This document shows positions 14,686-26,825 of a stretch of DNA of 64,000 bases, piece after piece; the stretch's first letter is position 1; every line of letters begins with the position of its first letter. Location of the stretch: positions 102,548,001 to 102,612,000 of the forward strand of contig OZ024741.1 in NCBI GenBank assembly GCA_964016885.1. The letters run 5' to 3'. Origin of the DNA: Eledone cirrhosa. Taxonomy: Eukaryota. The notes below the pieces were generated by a model. The model was given only the letters and a program-made list of their open reading frames with translations. It ran no database searches and was not told where the DNA came from. Made by a program: the position numbers and the translations under genes.

Positions 14686-15826
14686 GAGAGATGCGTTGAT
14701 AGTTAAGGTCGGAATTATTTATTGCCCCAGAGGGCAGGTTCATAGATGTGGAGAGGGAGGTAGGCCAAAGGCAAGAGAGAGAGTGTAATGGATGTAGCGA
14801 GAGAGGTAGAGAGGGGACAGACGAAGTTTATGTGGTGAGTGAACTTTGGGTTTGTAGTAGTAATCTACGAATTGCACTGAGTTACCATTTATAGTGATAA
14901 GCAGTGTATTGTCTTGTAGTGTGGGGGAAGAGAAGGTGGTTAGCTAGAAAGCGATGTTATAGTTACGGGTTCGAATGTTAAGTTATTTTATAGTGAGAGA
15001 ATTTAGCTTTTAGTTTGTGGTTGCAGTATAATGATCGTTCAATTCTATCGTTAAGTAGTTTGTTTTGGGATTTTAATATGTAAAAGAGTTCAAGGTTACA
15101 TAACCTGCAGTACTTCAATCCACTCCGATATGCACTTGCGCTGGAAAGTATATCCCATTTTAAGGTGAACTGTTGGTTGTGTTCACGGAGTTGCCAGGTC
15201 TTGTTGGCGAGCGTGGTCACAAAACGGTAATTAGGATGTTTGATTGAGAATCGATGACGGTACCTACCTCCCTCTCCACATCTATGAACCTGCCCTCTGG
15301 GGCAATAAATAATTACGGCCTTAACTATCAACGCATCTCTGCAAAAGTAACCAGTATAATAAAACCCCTACCATAACATTTTGATTAAGATATCTACAAA
15401 CCACTCTCTCCTACTTCTCCAACCCCTGCATATCTTTCTCTCTCTCTCCCTCTCCCCTACTTTTCTCTCTTCCTTTTCTACTCTATCTTCCCCAACAACC
15501 CCACTTAAGGGTATTTACATTGTACATTTTACCATTCTGCTCTGAAGATACAGTGGCCACAGCATTGGATATTTGAGTTCTGCAAATACTTGTAAATTTG
15601 CACATAGTACCACCGTGGAAACATTTGTAAGCACACGGAATAAATTACCTTTTTATGATGTCTACCTGTTATTATTCATTCTTTATATACACTCCGGAAT
15701 ACAGAAGGATCAGGAACTAAGTTTCTTCAACAATTCTTCCATAACTCGTAGAGTAACCTCTCACCGTACGTCAACCATATCCAGTGTAGTAATTAACCAT
15801 TACTACATCTTGGATAATCCTATACT

Positions 15827-15829
<3 letters not shown>
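14686..15829. mobile_element. Neptune-type PLE family D with inverted 5' part
   Basis: Minus-strand GIY-YIG C-terminus at 14978-15260 (TTLANKTWQL..YCRLCNLE..LLNDRIE..CNH). An inverted duplication of about 78 bp (14686-14763 vs 15263-15340) is present, and the plus arm continues to an HHR and (AT)n. Confidence 0.85.
15538..15633 (+). ncRNA. Type I hammerhead ribozyme with long stem II (family D)
   Basis: TGCT-CTGAAGA-TACAGTGG..CCACCGTG-GAAAC-ATTT-GTA-AGCA. Stems I and II pair, with one A.C mismatch consistent with CpG decay. Confidence 0.75.
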
Positions 15830-15864
<35 letters not shown>

Positions 15865-15870
<6 letters not shown>

Positions 15871-17961
15871 ATACTTTGGGAGGGTCATGTTGCCAATAAG
15901 AAACACACGCACCAGTTGCTTTCACTTCAATTTATTATAATAAATTTATAATAAATTTATAAATTTATAAATTTCTGGTTGGTTCCACAACCAGATAGTT
16001 GTTTATATATAGTCATAGTTCTTTCGTCACACACTCTGTGACCTCTTCAGTGACTGGGATTCCTTTCTTTGTTTCTGTGCCTCTCCTTTGTTCTGTCCTA
16101 CGCCATTTTGTTTCTGTGTGTGTGTTGTGTGCTCAGTCTGCGCATGCGCCACATCCGGGTGTCTGTGTGTGTTTATGTTCATTTATTTATTTGTTTATTT
16201 ACATGTTACTGGTTGGTTGTTTGTTCTATGTGTGTGCGTGTTTTCATTTTGTCCTTAATTGTAAGTTGTGATGTTGCTGTTCCACTCATATTTTCTATTT
16301 AATTTTGGTTGTAATTCTTTTATGTTTATTGCCTCTGTAATTTGTCTAAACATTGCGTCTTTTCTGTGTGTAGATTCTATTTTTATTTCTATGTTCTCTA
16401 ATTTACCCTTGTGTTCTATTTTAGTTGGTAGAGTACAGATGATTCTTTACTATCTTGAAGGTCTCGCCAGTGTTCATTTATCCGTTCCCCTACACTACGA
16501 ATTGTCTCACCCATGTACACTATATTGTTGTCTCTACATTGTCCTTCAGTACATCTTATGCTATACACTACATTTCTAGTTTTACAGTTAATATGGGGGC
16601 TTATTTTACAGGTTATACATTTCTTATCTATACATGAGGGTCTTTGAAAAGGGTATGTCTTGCTAATAAGTGTTTTTACGGAGGTACCTGGTCTTTCTAC
16701 TATCTTAATATTGAGTTTATGTTTATTTAGGGCCCTTCTAAATTTGTAAGCTAATTCACCTCTAGGGGTTGTATCGATGAACATTACACTCTGGTATTTA
16801 TTGCTATCATACCATGAGTTTATTCTATTAGCCTTGTTCCTAGTTCTTTCTATTCTATTCCAAAATTTGCTCCTATACAAGGGGCAGGTCCCATTTATGT
16901 CATTATTTACCATTTTTTCCCATTTAGTTCTGGCTCCTCTATACACTCTGATTTTATCTCTCCGATTGTAGCCAGAGAACTGCATACGGTGGATGAAGTG
17001 TTGTATGTGTCTCTCTAGTTCTTCGGGGTTGCACATGCGGGACACGTTTCTCATCACTCGGACCAAATCCGCAATCAGTATGTTGATTTTGGTATGGTCC
17101 AAAACGGCCGAGTTTCGGTGGATCAGATGTTTGGAAGTCATGGGTTTGGCATAATGGGAATGGAGGATTTGTTTTTTGTTATTAATGGTATCTAACCAGA
17201 GCTCTGTGTCTAGTGCAGGTAATCGATGGTTGGGGTGTTTACTTGGGTAGTCTATAGTAACTCTAATGCTCTGGTGGATGGACTTAGCTATTTGCTGGAT
17301 GCTTTCCATTGTGTTCTTCTCTAGTTCCTGACTGTTCTCTAGTGGGGGTGTCTTAACTACGATGTTTATATCATCAACGTAGCGGGAGTACATTATCAGG
17401 GTTAAGGGGTCTTCTAATTGTTCTTTAAGTTTAAGTTTAAGTCTACTGTCCCACCATACCATGAATAAGTTAGCTATGTCGCCTGCAATGCTAACACCAA
17501 TGGCTGCTCCTTCCTCTTGGGCATATGTTTTTCCATTAAATTTGAACATATGTTCCTTAAGGGTTAGTTTTATGCTGGCCCCTACCGCATGTGCAATCAT
17601 TTTCTTCAGTTCATCGTGGTTTTCGGGTGTCCGTATGGCTCTGGTCCACCCGTTCCACCTATCTGTGTGGGTTTTCTTGGCCATTGAGGTAATGGTAGGT
17701 GGTCTGCCTCTTGCTGGTCTTGTAGGGCACAGGTTGCTAAGGTCATATGTGTCTAGGTAATTATTACTATAGGTAAGTTTAAGTAGGAGTCCCAGCTCAC
17801 TGGTATCAATCCCACGGAACTCAACATTGCTCTCACTGATCATTTCTACGCATTTCTCCACAGCAAAATCCACGTCAATAGATGGATACATGGACACATC
17901 ATCCATACTACCTATTATGCAGTTTGTTAGGTCCTTAGATCGGTTACCCACGCCGATTCTG
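15865..17961 (-). mobile_element. Inverted 5'-truncated copy of the Naiad-like PLE (RT, GIY-YIG and pLTR)
   Basis: ORF 16416-18011 is nearly identical to the C-terminal half of the 1170-aa ORF and has a 4-nt deletion near 16424. The pLTR hammerhead lies at 16011-16055. Confidence 0.95.
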
Positions 17962-18025
17962 CACAGAAACAAAATGGCGTAGGACAGAACAAAGGAGAGG
18001 CACAGAAACAAAGAAAGGAATCCAC

Positions 18026-18070
18026 AGTCACTGAAGAGGTCACAGAGTGTGTGACGAAAGAACTATGACT
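18026..18070 (+). ncRNA. Minimal type I hammerhead in the 5' pLTR
   Basis: AGTCA-CTGAAGA-G-GTCACA-GAGTG-TGTGAC-GAAAG-AA-CTA-TGACT gives a 5-bp stem I, 6-bp stem II, 2-bp stem III and a CUA site. Confidence 0.8.
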
Positions 18071-18176
18071 ATATATAAACAACTATCTGGTTGTGGAACC
18101 AACCAACCAACCAGAAATTTATAAATTTATAAATTTATTATAAATTTATTATAATAAATTGAAGTGAAAGCAACTG

Positions 18177-21100
18177 GTGCGTGTGTTTCTTATTGGCAAC
18201 ATGACCCTCCCAAAGTATAACAATATCGGTTTCAACACACGATTTCAGATAAAGAATCTTGCTAAACAAATTCAGAAACGAAATATCGTAAGCCTTAGCC
18301 AGGCTAACAAGATACTGAAAACCACCATGTTCTGTTGTATACGAAAAACCATAACATCTCGACAACTACACTTCATAAAAGAATGTGCCTCGTCCCGCGT
18401 TTACACCAACACCATCAACACCGACGTAAGAAGATTACAACTCACCAAAAAACAAGCAGATAGGCTAAAACGAACACTAATTCTAAACATAAAAAAGAAG
18501 ATCTATAGAGAATTAAGTCATCAAGAAAAACATAAGCGTAACCTAATACAAGAAATAGCTAGGATCACCACACCAAGAGAGAAACTAATATTTATAAGCC
18601 TTATACGTCCTGAAGAACAGTACATTACTCAAGAATGTGATAAGCACTTTAACAAGAAACTAAAGTGGCTTAAGCAGATAAAGCTAAATCAGGATACTAT
18701 AGAGAATACCAATAGATATCCCGACAAAATTGACGGTATAAATATGGCCGACACCTCATTAACGGATGAGTTCAACAACAACAACAACACAAATATATAC
18801 GGTAACACAATAATAGATGACGATGAGTTATCGGTATTATGTCTGCCCCCGCGGTTTGCGACATTCAAGAAGGTAAATATGATTAGTTATCTGTCAGAAA
18901 TAGAAAAATCATTTACAAAACTACGCTGGAGCCTCAAAAACAAAAACAAAAACAAAAGCAACAATATACGCACACACATATACAACACACATCCCAACAA
19001 CAACAGACACACAGACACAAACAACAATAACAACAACACACACACCAACAACATCAACAATAATAACATACCCAGAAACAACAACAACAGACACGCAGAC
19101 ACAAACAACAATAACAACACACACAACAATAATAACACACACGGAGACAACAACAACACACATCAACAACAGCACACATCAACAACAACAACACACACAC
19201 ATTCAATGCCTCTCACCACCACCACAATCTTAACAAACACACAGACACAGAAAACAAGTAATGAGAGTAGCACAGAAATCACAGAAATAAGGGAAATTAA
19301 TAGGATTAAAAGGAGTAGGGAGACTAAGGACAAAGAAAATAACCAAGACGAACACACAGACACACAAAATAGGGTAGATAACAACAATGAGCCAGTGGAA
19401 AGAGACAGGAGTAATTATGAGAGACATAGAAATAACCACGAGGCTGTTGGTGGAAATAGAAATAGAAACAACACAACTAACAATAACAATAGCACTAGTA
19501 CACATAAAGCAGCAGCCTGGAACTCTACGTTTTATAATCCCTCCGATAAATCGTTCGACCTGCGACGAGTCCACGCCATGACTCTACCATTTAACAAACG
19601 CACGCAATTGCCGTCGCAGGTCGATGAACAAACAGAAGCACAATTTAGTATAGCTAGATCCGAACTTAGAAATATTATAGAACAGTATAGCAAGAAGCAT
19701 AATAGAATGGAGGCCCAGCAACTGGGAGAAAAATTTGCAAATGGCTTGCGTAAGCTCATGCAGCGCTCGCGTAATGGAGAGATAGCATGCTTTCCAACAG
19801 ACAAGTCTGGCAGAATGTCGGTTGACAGCCTGCCAAACTACATCCAGGCAATGCAACCCCACATCACTAACACAAGAGAGGTAACACCACAGGAGCATGA
19901 GGATAGAGAAAAAGCCCTCAATGCCCATATGGTGATGTGGACGAATATAATGCAGCCCAACAAAAGGACTGCCAACAACTTCCAGGCCTGGAACAATGAC
20001 GTGCCGGCGTTGTATGGGCTTCGAAAAGACCATAAAACGGGCAGTGACCCTGTCGCGGGACCACCAACACGGCCAGTCTGTGGAGCTAACATTGCTAGTA
20101 ACTACAGACTGTCCTACTTCCTCTCCCTGATCATACGCCCCATCATTGAAATGTCTCCAGATGTATGTGACAGCACGGAGGACCTCCACAGCAGAATCGG
20201 CGTGGGTAACCGATCTAGGGACCTAACAAACTGCATAATAGGTAGTATGGATGTTGTGTCCCTGTATCCATCTATTGACGTGGATTTTGCTGTGGAGAAG
20301 TGCGTAGAAATGATCAGTGAGAGCAATGTTGAGTTCCGTGGGATTGATACCAGTGAGCTGGGACTCCTACTTAAACTTACCTATAGTAATAATTACCTAG
20401 ACACATATGACCTTAGCAACCTGTGCCCTACAAGACCAGCAAGAGGCAGACCACCTACCATTACATCAATGGCCAAGAAAACCCACACAGATAGGTGGAA
20501 CGGGTGGACCAGAGCCATACGGACACCCGAAAACCACGATGAACTGAAGAAAAGGATTGCACATGCGGTAGGGGCCAGCATAAAACTAACCCTTAAGGAA
20601 CATATGTTCAAATTTAATAGAAAAACATATGCCCAAGAGGAAGGAGCAGCCATTGGTGTTAGCATTGCAGGCGACATAGCTAACTTATTCATGGTATGGT
20701 GGGACAGTAGACTTAAACTTAAACTTAAAGAACAATTAGAAGACCCCTTAACCCTGATAATGTACTCCCGCTACGTTGATGATATAAACATCGTAGTTAA
20801 GACACCCCCACTAGAGAACAGTCAGGAACTAGAGAAGAACACAATGGAAAGCATCCAGCAAATAGCTAAGTCCATCCACCAGAGCATTAGAGTTACTATA
20901 GACTACCCAAGTAAACACCCCAACCATCGATTATCTGTACTAGACACAGAGCTCTGGTTAGATACCATTAATAACAAAAAACAAATCCTCCATTCCAATT
21001 ATGCCAAACCCATGACTTCCAAACATCTGATCCACCGAAACTCGGCCGTTTCGGACCATACCAAAATCAACATACTGATTGCGGATTTGGTACGGGTGAT

Positions 21101-21689
21101 GAGAAATGTGTCCTGCATGTGCAACCCCGAAGAACTAGAGAGACACATACAACACTTCATCCACCGTATGCAGTTCTCTGGCTACAATCAGAGAGATAAA
21201 ATCAGAGTGTATAGAGGAGCCAGAACTAAATGGGAAAAAATGGTAAATAATGACATAAATGGGACCTGCCCCTTGTATAGGAGCAAATTTTGGAATAGAA
21301 TAGAAAGAACTAGGAACAAGGCTAATAGAATAAACTCATGGTATGATAGCAATAAATACCAGAGTGTAATGTTCATCGATACAACCCCTAGAGGTGAATT
21401 AGCTTACAAATTTAGAAGGGCCCTAAATAAACATAAACTCAATATTAAGATAGTAGAAAGACCAGGTACCTCCGTAAAAACACTTATTAGCAAGACATAC
21501 CCTTTTCAAAGACCCTCATGTATAGATAAGAAATGTATAACCTGTAAAATAAGCCCCCATATTAACTGTAAAACTAGAAATGTAGTGTATAGCATAAGAT
21601 GTACTGAAGGACAATGTAGAGACAACAATATAGTGTACATAGGTGAGACAGCTCGTAGTGTAGGGGAACGGATAAATGAACACTGGTGA
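18177..21689 (+). CDS. PLE polyprotein: reverse transcriptase plus C-terminal GIY-YIG endonuclease, prematurely stopped in this copy (first ATG at 18201)
   Basis: Motifs: PTDKSG, LYGLRKDHK, RPVC, GSMDVVSLYPSI, QEEGAAIG, RYVDD, a CxxxxCxxC..C linker, and VVYSIRC..YIGETAR..ERINEH. TGA at 21687 is CGA in sister copies. A further TAA at about 21741 and a 1-nt deletion at about 21851 follow. Confidence 0.93.
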   Translation: MRVFLIGNMTLPKYNNIGFNTRFQIKNLAKQIQKRNIVSLSQANKILKTTMFCCIRKTITSRQLHFIKECASSRVYTNTINTDVRRLQLTKKQADRLKRTLILNIKKKIYRELSHQEKHKRNLIQEIARITTPREKLIFISLIRPEEQYITQECDKHFNKKLKWLKQIKLNQDTIENTNRYPDKIDGINMADTSLTDEFNNNNNTNIYGNTIIDDDELSVLCLPPRFATFKKVNMISYLSEIEKSFTKLRWSLKNKNKNKSNNIRTHIYNTHPNNNRHTDTNNNNNNTHTNNINNNNIPRNNNNRHADTNNNNNTHNNNNTHGDNNNTHQQQHTSTTTTHTHSMPLTTTTILTNTQTQKTSNESSTEITEIREINRIKRSRETKDKENNQDEHTDTQNRVDNNNEPVERDRSNYERHRNNHEAVGGNRNRNNTTNNNNSTSTHKAAAWNSTFYNPSDKSFDLRRVHAMTLPFNKRTQLPSQVDEQTEAQFSIARSELRNIIEQYSKKHNRMEAQQLGEKFANGLRKLMQRSRNGEIACFPTDKSGRMSVDSLPNYIQAMQPHITNTREVTPQEHEDREKALNAHMVMWTNIMQPNKRTANNFQAWNNDVPALYGLRKDHKTGSDPVAGPPTRPVCGANIASNYRLSYFLSLIIRPIIEMSPDVCDSTEDLHSRIGVGNRSRDLTNCIIGSMDVVSLYPSIDVDFAVEKCVEMISESNVEFRGIDTSELGLLLKLTYSNNYLDTYDLSNLCPTRPARGRPPTITSMAKKTHTDRWNGWTRAIRTPENHDELKKRIAHAVGASIKLTLKEHMFKFNRKTYAQEEGAAIGVSIAGDIANLFMVWWDSRLKLKLKEQLEDPLTLIMYSRYVDDINIVVKTPPLENSQELEKNTMESIQQIAKSIHQSIRVTIDYPSKHPNHRLSVLDTELWLDTINNKKQILHSNYAKPMTSKHLIHRNSAVSDHTKINILIADLVRVMRNVSCMCNPEELERHIQHFIHRMQFSGYNQRDKIRVYRGARTKWEKMVNNDINGTCPLYRSKFWNRIERTRNKANRINSWYDSNKYQSVMFIDTTPRGELAYKFRRALNKHKLNIKIVERPGTSVKTLISKTYPFQRPSCIDKKCITCKISPHINCKTRNVVYSIRCTEGQCRDNNIVYIGETARSVGERINEHW

Positions 21690-22006
21690 GACCTTCAAGA
21701 TAGTAAAGAATCATCTGTACTCTACCAACATGCTAAAATATAACACAAGGGTAAATTAGAGAACATAGAAATACAAATAGAATCTACACACAGAAAAGAC
21801 GCAATGTTTAGACAAATTACAGAGGCAATAAACATAAAAGAATTACAACCAAATTAAATAGAAAATATGAGTGGAACAGCAACATCACAACTTACAATTA
21901 AGGACAAAATGAAAACACACACACACATAGAACAAACAACCAACCAGTAACATGTAAATAAACAAATAAATAAATGAACATAAACACACACAGACACCCG
22001 GATGTG

Positions 22007-22055
22007 GCGCATGCGCAGACTGAGCACACAACACACACACAGAAACAAAATGGCG
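22007..22055 (+). promoter_or_regulatory. Candidate pLTR promoter motifs: NRF1-type GCGCATGCGC and YY1-type CAAAATGGCG
   Basis: Both consensus matches lie 50-100 nt upstream of the HHR. A variant copy has AAGATGGCG (52921), which still fits YY1. Confidence 0.4.
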
Positions 22056-22101
22056 TAGGACAGAACAAAGGAGAGGCACAGAAACAAAGAAAGGAATCCA
22101 C

Positions 22102-22146
22102 AGTCACTGAAGAGGTCACAGAGTGTGTGACGAAAGAACTATGACT
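22102..22146 (+). ncRNA. Minimal type I hammerhead in the 3' pLTR
   Basis: Identical to 18026-18070. Confidence 0.8.
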
Positions 22147-22356
22147 ATATATAAACAACTATCTGGTTGTGGAACCAACCAACCAACCAGAAATTTATAA
22201 ATTTATAAATTTATTATAAATTTATTATAATAAATTGAAGTGAAAGCAACTGGTGCGTGTGTTTCTTATTGGCAACATGACCCTCCCAAAGTATAACAAT
22301 ATCGGTTTCAACACACGATTTCAGATAAAGAATCTTGCTAAACAAATTCAGAAACG

Positions 22357-22390
<34 letters not shown>

Positions 22391-22427
22391 CAAGTAAGTA
22401 TGTTTTGAAACAGTGAGCAGGTTTGAA

Positions 22428-22643
22428 ATTAGAAAATAGAATAGCTTTCACCGTATTTTTGACTAAAGGAATTTTAGCCTGATAATGGGGTTTAGAACCC
22501 TCAGATAAATGGAAAAATATGAGTATTGACGTACATGTACGTCAATACTCATCTTTTTCCATTTATCTGAGGGTTCTAAACCCATTATCAGGCTAAAATT
22601 CCTTTAGTCAAAAATACGCTGAAAGCTATTCTATTTTCTAATA
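22428..22643. repeat. Spacerless palindrome with arms of about 108 bp
   Basis: Centre TTGACGTACATGTACGTCAA at about 22535; it lies next to (AT)n. Confidence 0.9.
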
Positions 22644-22684
22644 TATATATATATGTGTGTGCGTGCGTGTGTGTGTGCGTGTGC

Positions 22685-22743
<59 letters not shown>

Positions 22744-23699
22744 CACCACTTAAGCTGCCAAGTTTCACAATCCCATAAAGCTACAGTCCGTTATCATTTT
22801 TTATAATCTTTAGTTTAATCGATGTTAAGGTTTTGTAATGAGGATCCCAGTTGAGATATTCCTCTAGACTTCCGATTGATGGTAAGTAAAGATTATTTCT
22901 GGCTTAAAACCATGTCTATTTCTCTTACATGTTCAACAACTTAGTTGGTATCTAATTTCTATGTTCCAGAAAATGCCAGTGGCTGGTTATATATGCAAGT
23001 TATCAAACACTTTAGAGTAAGTTGTTTCAGATATTACTATAGAGTAACGTTATTAGTTACATCATATAAGTCCTACGCTGTCTGGACGGTGAGCTTGTAC
23101 AATAACTACTCTGTTATTGACATATCTAAATACATTACATGCTTGGAGAGATGCGCATAGTGGGCAAGTATCAACAACTGTATCGTTTATTGTTTAACAT
23201 ACTATGTCCCTGTATTGAGCTCCGTACGATATGAAGCCTAACTGATGCATTTCATTTCGAGAAGAATTGAAGAATTATAATTAATATATTCCTCCCATAA
23301 TATAATAAAACTATCGTAAGGCAGTGTAAACTATCAAAATCAGGGTGTTTTGGTCTTTAGCTGACACTTATAATCAGTGTATTATTTCTTTCCACTTTCG
23401 TGCAATCATATCTGACAATTCCTAGTCTAGATAATTTGCAAAATGAATATGCTGAGCAGATCGAATAAGATCGAAACATATCCGTTGCTTTTACAAATAT
23501 AGACTGCATTGCCTTGTTCCAAAATCTAGGGCCTGCACAAGCTATAGCAATTCCCCCCTTCTTTCCTACGCCTTCAGCTTGTTGGGGTGACCGGTTTAGT
23601 CTCTAACGAGCGACCATGTGACAGATTCTAGTGGCTTACATATCAACTGTAGCATTAGAGCGTGACTCTAACATCATATATATATATATCATTTTCTTA

Positions 23700-23909
23700 T
23701 CAACTAGAAACTTTTCGGACTTTCGCAGTTATCTCCCTTACACCTCTCGCACGCTTTTTAGTATTGCCTGTGTGAAGTGACGGTTTCTGCGCATGCGCGC
23801 TCGTACGGTTGCCCTTCCTGTTCCGTATAACCATGTCCATTAAGAACTGAGGATCCGCTAAGGTGAAACAATTGTTCTCGGTATGGTGAACTAACTGTTG
23901 TGTAACCAC

Positions 23910-23912
<3 letters not shown>
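23700..23912 (+). mobile_element. pLTR-like fragment with hammerhead (23847-23880) ending at (AT)n
   Basis: CTGAGGA-TCCGCTAAGGT-GAAAC-AATT-GTT-CTCG. The tail is shared with 5866-5915, and GCGCATGCGC lies at 23789. Confidence 0.6.
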
Positions 23913-23957
<45 letters not shown>

Positions 23958-24314
23958 ACACACATATATATATATGTCTATATATATATAAACACACGCC
24001 CGCACGCGCGCCCACACAACGTACCAACATAAAACATTCAATATTTTATCTATTTTCTATCGCTGACGGATGTATTATAAATGAATCTTAGAATGAACTT
24101 GATAGAAATAATTGGCTTTACTTATGTCATGTCTGGCTTACAATTATATTTTTGTTGTAAATCTATTGTGGAGGCCCGTGGCTTAGTGGCTGGTATATTT
24201 AAATTTTGATTATAAGATTATAGTGTCTATTGCTAGACAGGATAAGTACGTGTGTTCTGAAATAAGACACATTACCTTAATATACATATATATACCTTTC
24301 TATACCTTTCCTGT

Positions 24315-24374
<60 letters not shown>

Positions 24375-24409
24375 ATATAAGATCAAAAGATGGTTAAAGG
24401 AGTTCCATG

Positions 24410-24480
24410 TATTTTATTATGCGCATTTCAAAAACAAACATCATCAAGCAATAATATTTGTGTTTTCATCAGATAAAACA
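24410..24480 (-). ncRNA. Type I hammerhead (family A)
   Basis: Reverse complement of the 26826-26896 motif. Confidence 0.75.
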
Positions 24481-26825
24481 GGAGAACATGATATGAAGGC
24501 TAAAAAAACACTTGTGGATAGTGCAGTTTTAAATCAACATATGAAAAGTGGTTTTAGATTGATGTGTGATATTGGGAAAAAATATTTTATTTAGAGAGGG
24601 GGGGGTTGGAATGGATGAAAAGGGAAGGAGATGAGAGGGAGAGATGGGTGATAGAGAGAAAGAGATAGTTTTTATAACTGAGAGGAGATATATTTTTTAC
24701 ATAGAGAGGTTGAAAACCGTTGGAAGATACTGTATAAATTAAAAATTTTGAAAATTAACGAAGGGAGGATATGTGCGAGGAAAAAATATTTTATTTAGGG
24801 AGGGGGGGATGAAAAAAGGGGGAGGAGATGAGAGTGAAGGTGGAGAGGGAGAGATGGGTGATAGAGAGAAAGAGATAGTTTTTATAACTGAGAAAAAGAT
24901 ATATTGTTTTAACATAGAGAGGTTGGGAACCGTTGGAAGATAATGTATAAATTAAAGGAATTTGAAAATTAACGAAGGGAAATTATGTATGAAGATAGAG
25001 AGAAAAAAATAATAATTGTGGATGAATATTCTAACGTCAAAAAAAGAAATGTATATATTGTGGCAATTTCAAAATTAACGAAGAGAAAAATTATTAAGGT
25101 TTGTGTGTAGAAGGATTTGAGAAAAATAATGTGAAGTTAAAGTTTGTATATTGGTTGAATTGATAATATATGCGAATAAAGAGTTAATATGTATTAATAA
25201 TGAGTTCGTTGATGGGGAGAAAAAAATAATAAATTAAGGATGAAATTGAGATTAAAAAGATTTATGATAGAGAGAAAAAATAATAATGATTGCGGATGAA
25301 TATTGTTTATGTTATGATTTTACAAGGTGAAGATAGAATGAGGGTAATGAGTAAACAAGTATTATAGAGTGTATAATGCCCTTTAAAGTAAGGTAGATGG
25401 GTATATTTTAAAGAGGTGTATGTATATGTGCCTTTGAGAAAAGATTCTAAATTGATAAAGAATTGAATATTAACTGTATACTTTGTGAAAAGTTCTATGG
25501 AATTTATGCAGGCAGATAGAAAACAAATCTGTGCGTCTATTTATTATAGAATCTAGGTTAGAGATAATGGTAAATTTTTCATTTAGGCAGAGATTACAGA
25601 TTTTAGATAGAGAGCTGTTCAAGTATGAGGATGCAGAAGAAATCTTCTTCCAAAAGATGGTATATTTAATGTTTTTGTCTTTTAAGGACCATATGAGTTC
25701 TGAGAGAGCAGTGTTAGTTCTTTTAAGTTTGTATTTGAAAGATGAATGATGATTATAGAGACGAGCTTTAAAAGAGATTTGTTTTCTATCTGCCTGCATA
25801 AATTCCATAGAACTTTTCACAAAGTATACAGTTAATATTCAATTCTTTATCAATTTAGAATCTTTTCTCAAAGGCACATATACATACACCTCTTTAAAAT
25901 ATACCCATCTACCTTACTTTAAAGGGCATTATACACTCTATAATACTTGTTTACTCATTACCCTCATTCTATCTTCACCTTGTAAAATCATAACATATAC
26001 AATATTCATCCGCAATCATTATTATTTTTTCTCTCTATCATAAATCTTTTTAATCTCAATTTCATCCTTAATTTATTATTTTTTTCTCCCCATCAACGAA
26101 CTCATTATTAATACATATTAACTCTTTATTCGCATATATTATCAATTCAACCAATATACAAACTTTAACTTCACATTATTTTTCTCAAATTCTTCTGCAC
26201 ACAAACCTTAATAATTTTTCTCTTCGTTAATTTTGAAATTACCACAATATATACATTTCTTTTTTTGACGTTAGAATATTCATCCACAATTATTATTTTT
26301 TTCTCTCTATCTTCATACATAATTTCCCTTCGTTAATTTTCAAATTCCTTTAATTTATACATTATCTTCCAACGGTTCCCAACCTCTCTATGTTAAAACA
26401 ATATATCTTTTTCTCAGTTATAAAAACTATCTCTTTCTCTCTATCACCCATCTCTCCCTCTCCACCTTCACTCTCATCTCCTCCCCCTTTTTTTCACCCC
26501 CCCTCCCTAAATAAAATATTTTTTCCTCGCACATATCCTCCCTTCGTTAATTTTCAAAATTTTTAATTTATACAGTATCTTCCAACGGTTTTCAACCTCT
26601 CTATGTAAAAAATATATCTCCTCTCAGTTATAAAAACTATCTCTTTCTCTCTATCACCCATCTCTCCCTCTCATCTCCTTCCCTTTTCATCCTTTCCAAC
26701 CCCTCCCCTCTCTAAATAAAATATTTTTTCCCAATATCACACATCAATCTAAAACCACTTTTCATATGTTGATTTAAAACTGCGCTATCCACAAGTGTTT
26801 TTTTAGCCTTCATATCATGTTCTCC

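Larger units (their letters stand above)
17962..22360 (+). mobile_element. Near full-length Penelope-like element (Naiad-like), pLTR-ORF-pLTR
   Basis: Direct repeats of about 323 bp at 17962-18284 and 22038-22360 flank a single ORF. The 3' end abuts (AT)n. Confidence 0.95.

Noticed and set aside
21687-21689. In-frame TGA in the PLE ORF as a selenocysteine codon (some Naiad elements are reported selenoproteins)
   Set aside because: Sister copies have CGA (Arg) at this site, so it is CpG decay. Further lesions follow in the same copy, and the position is not a Cys-equivalent.
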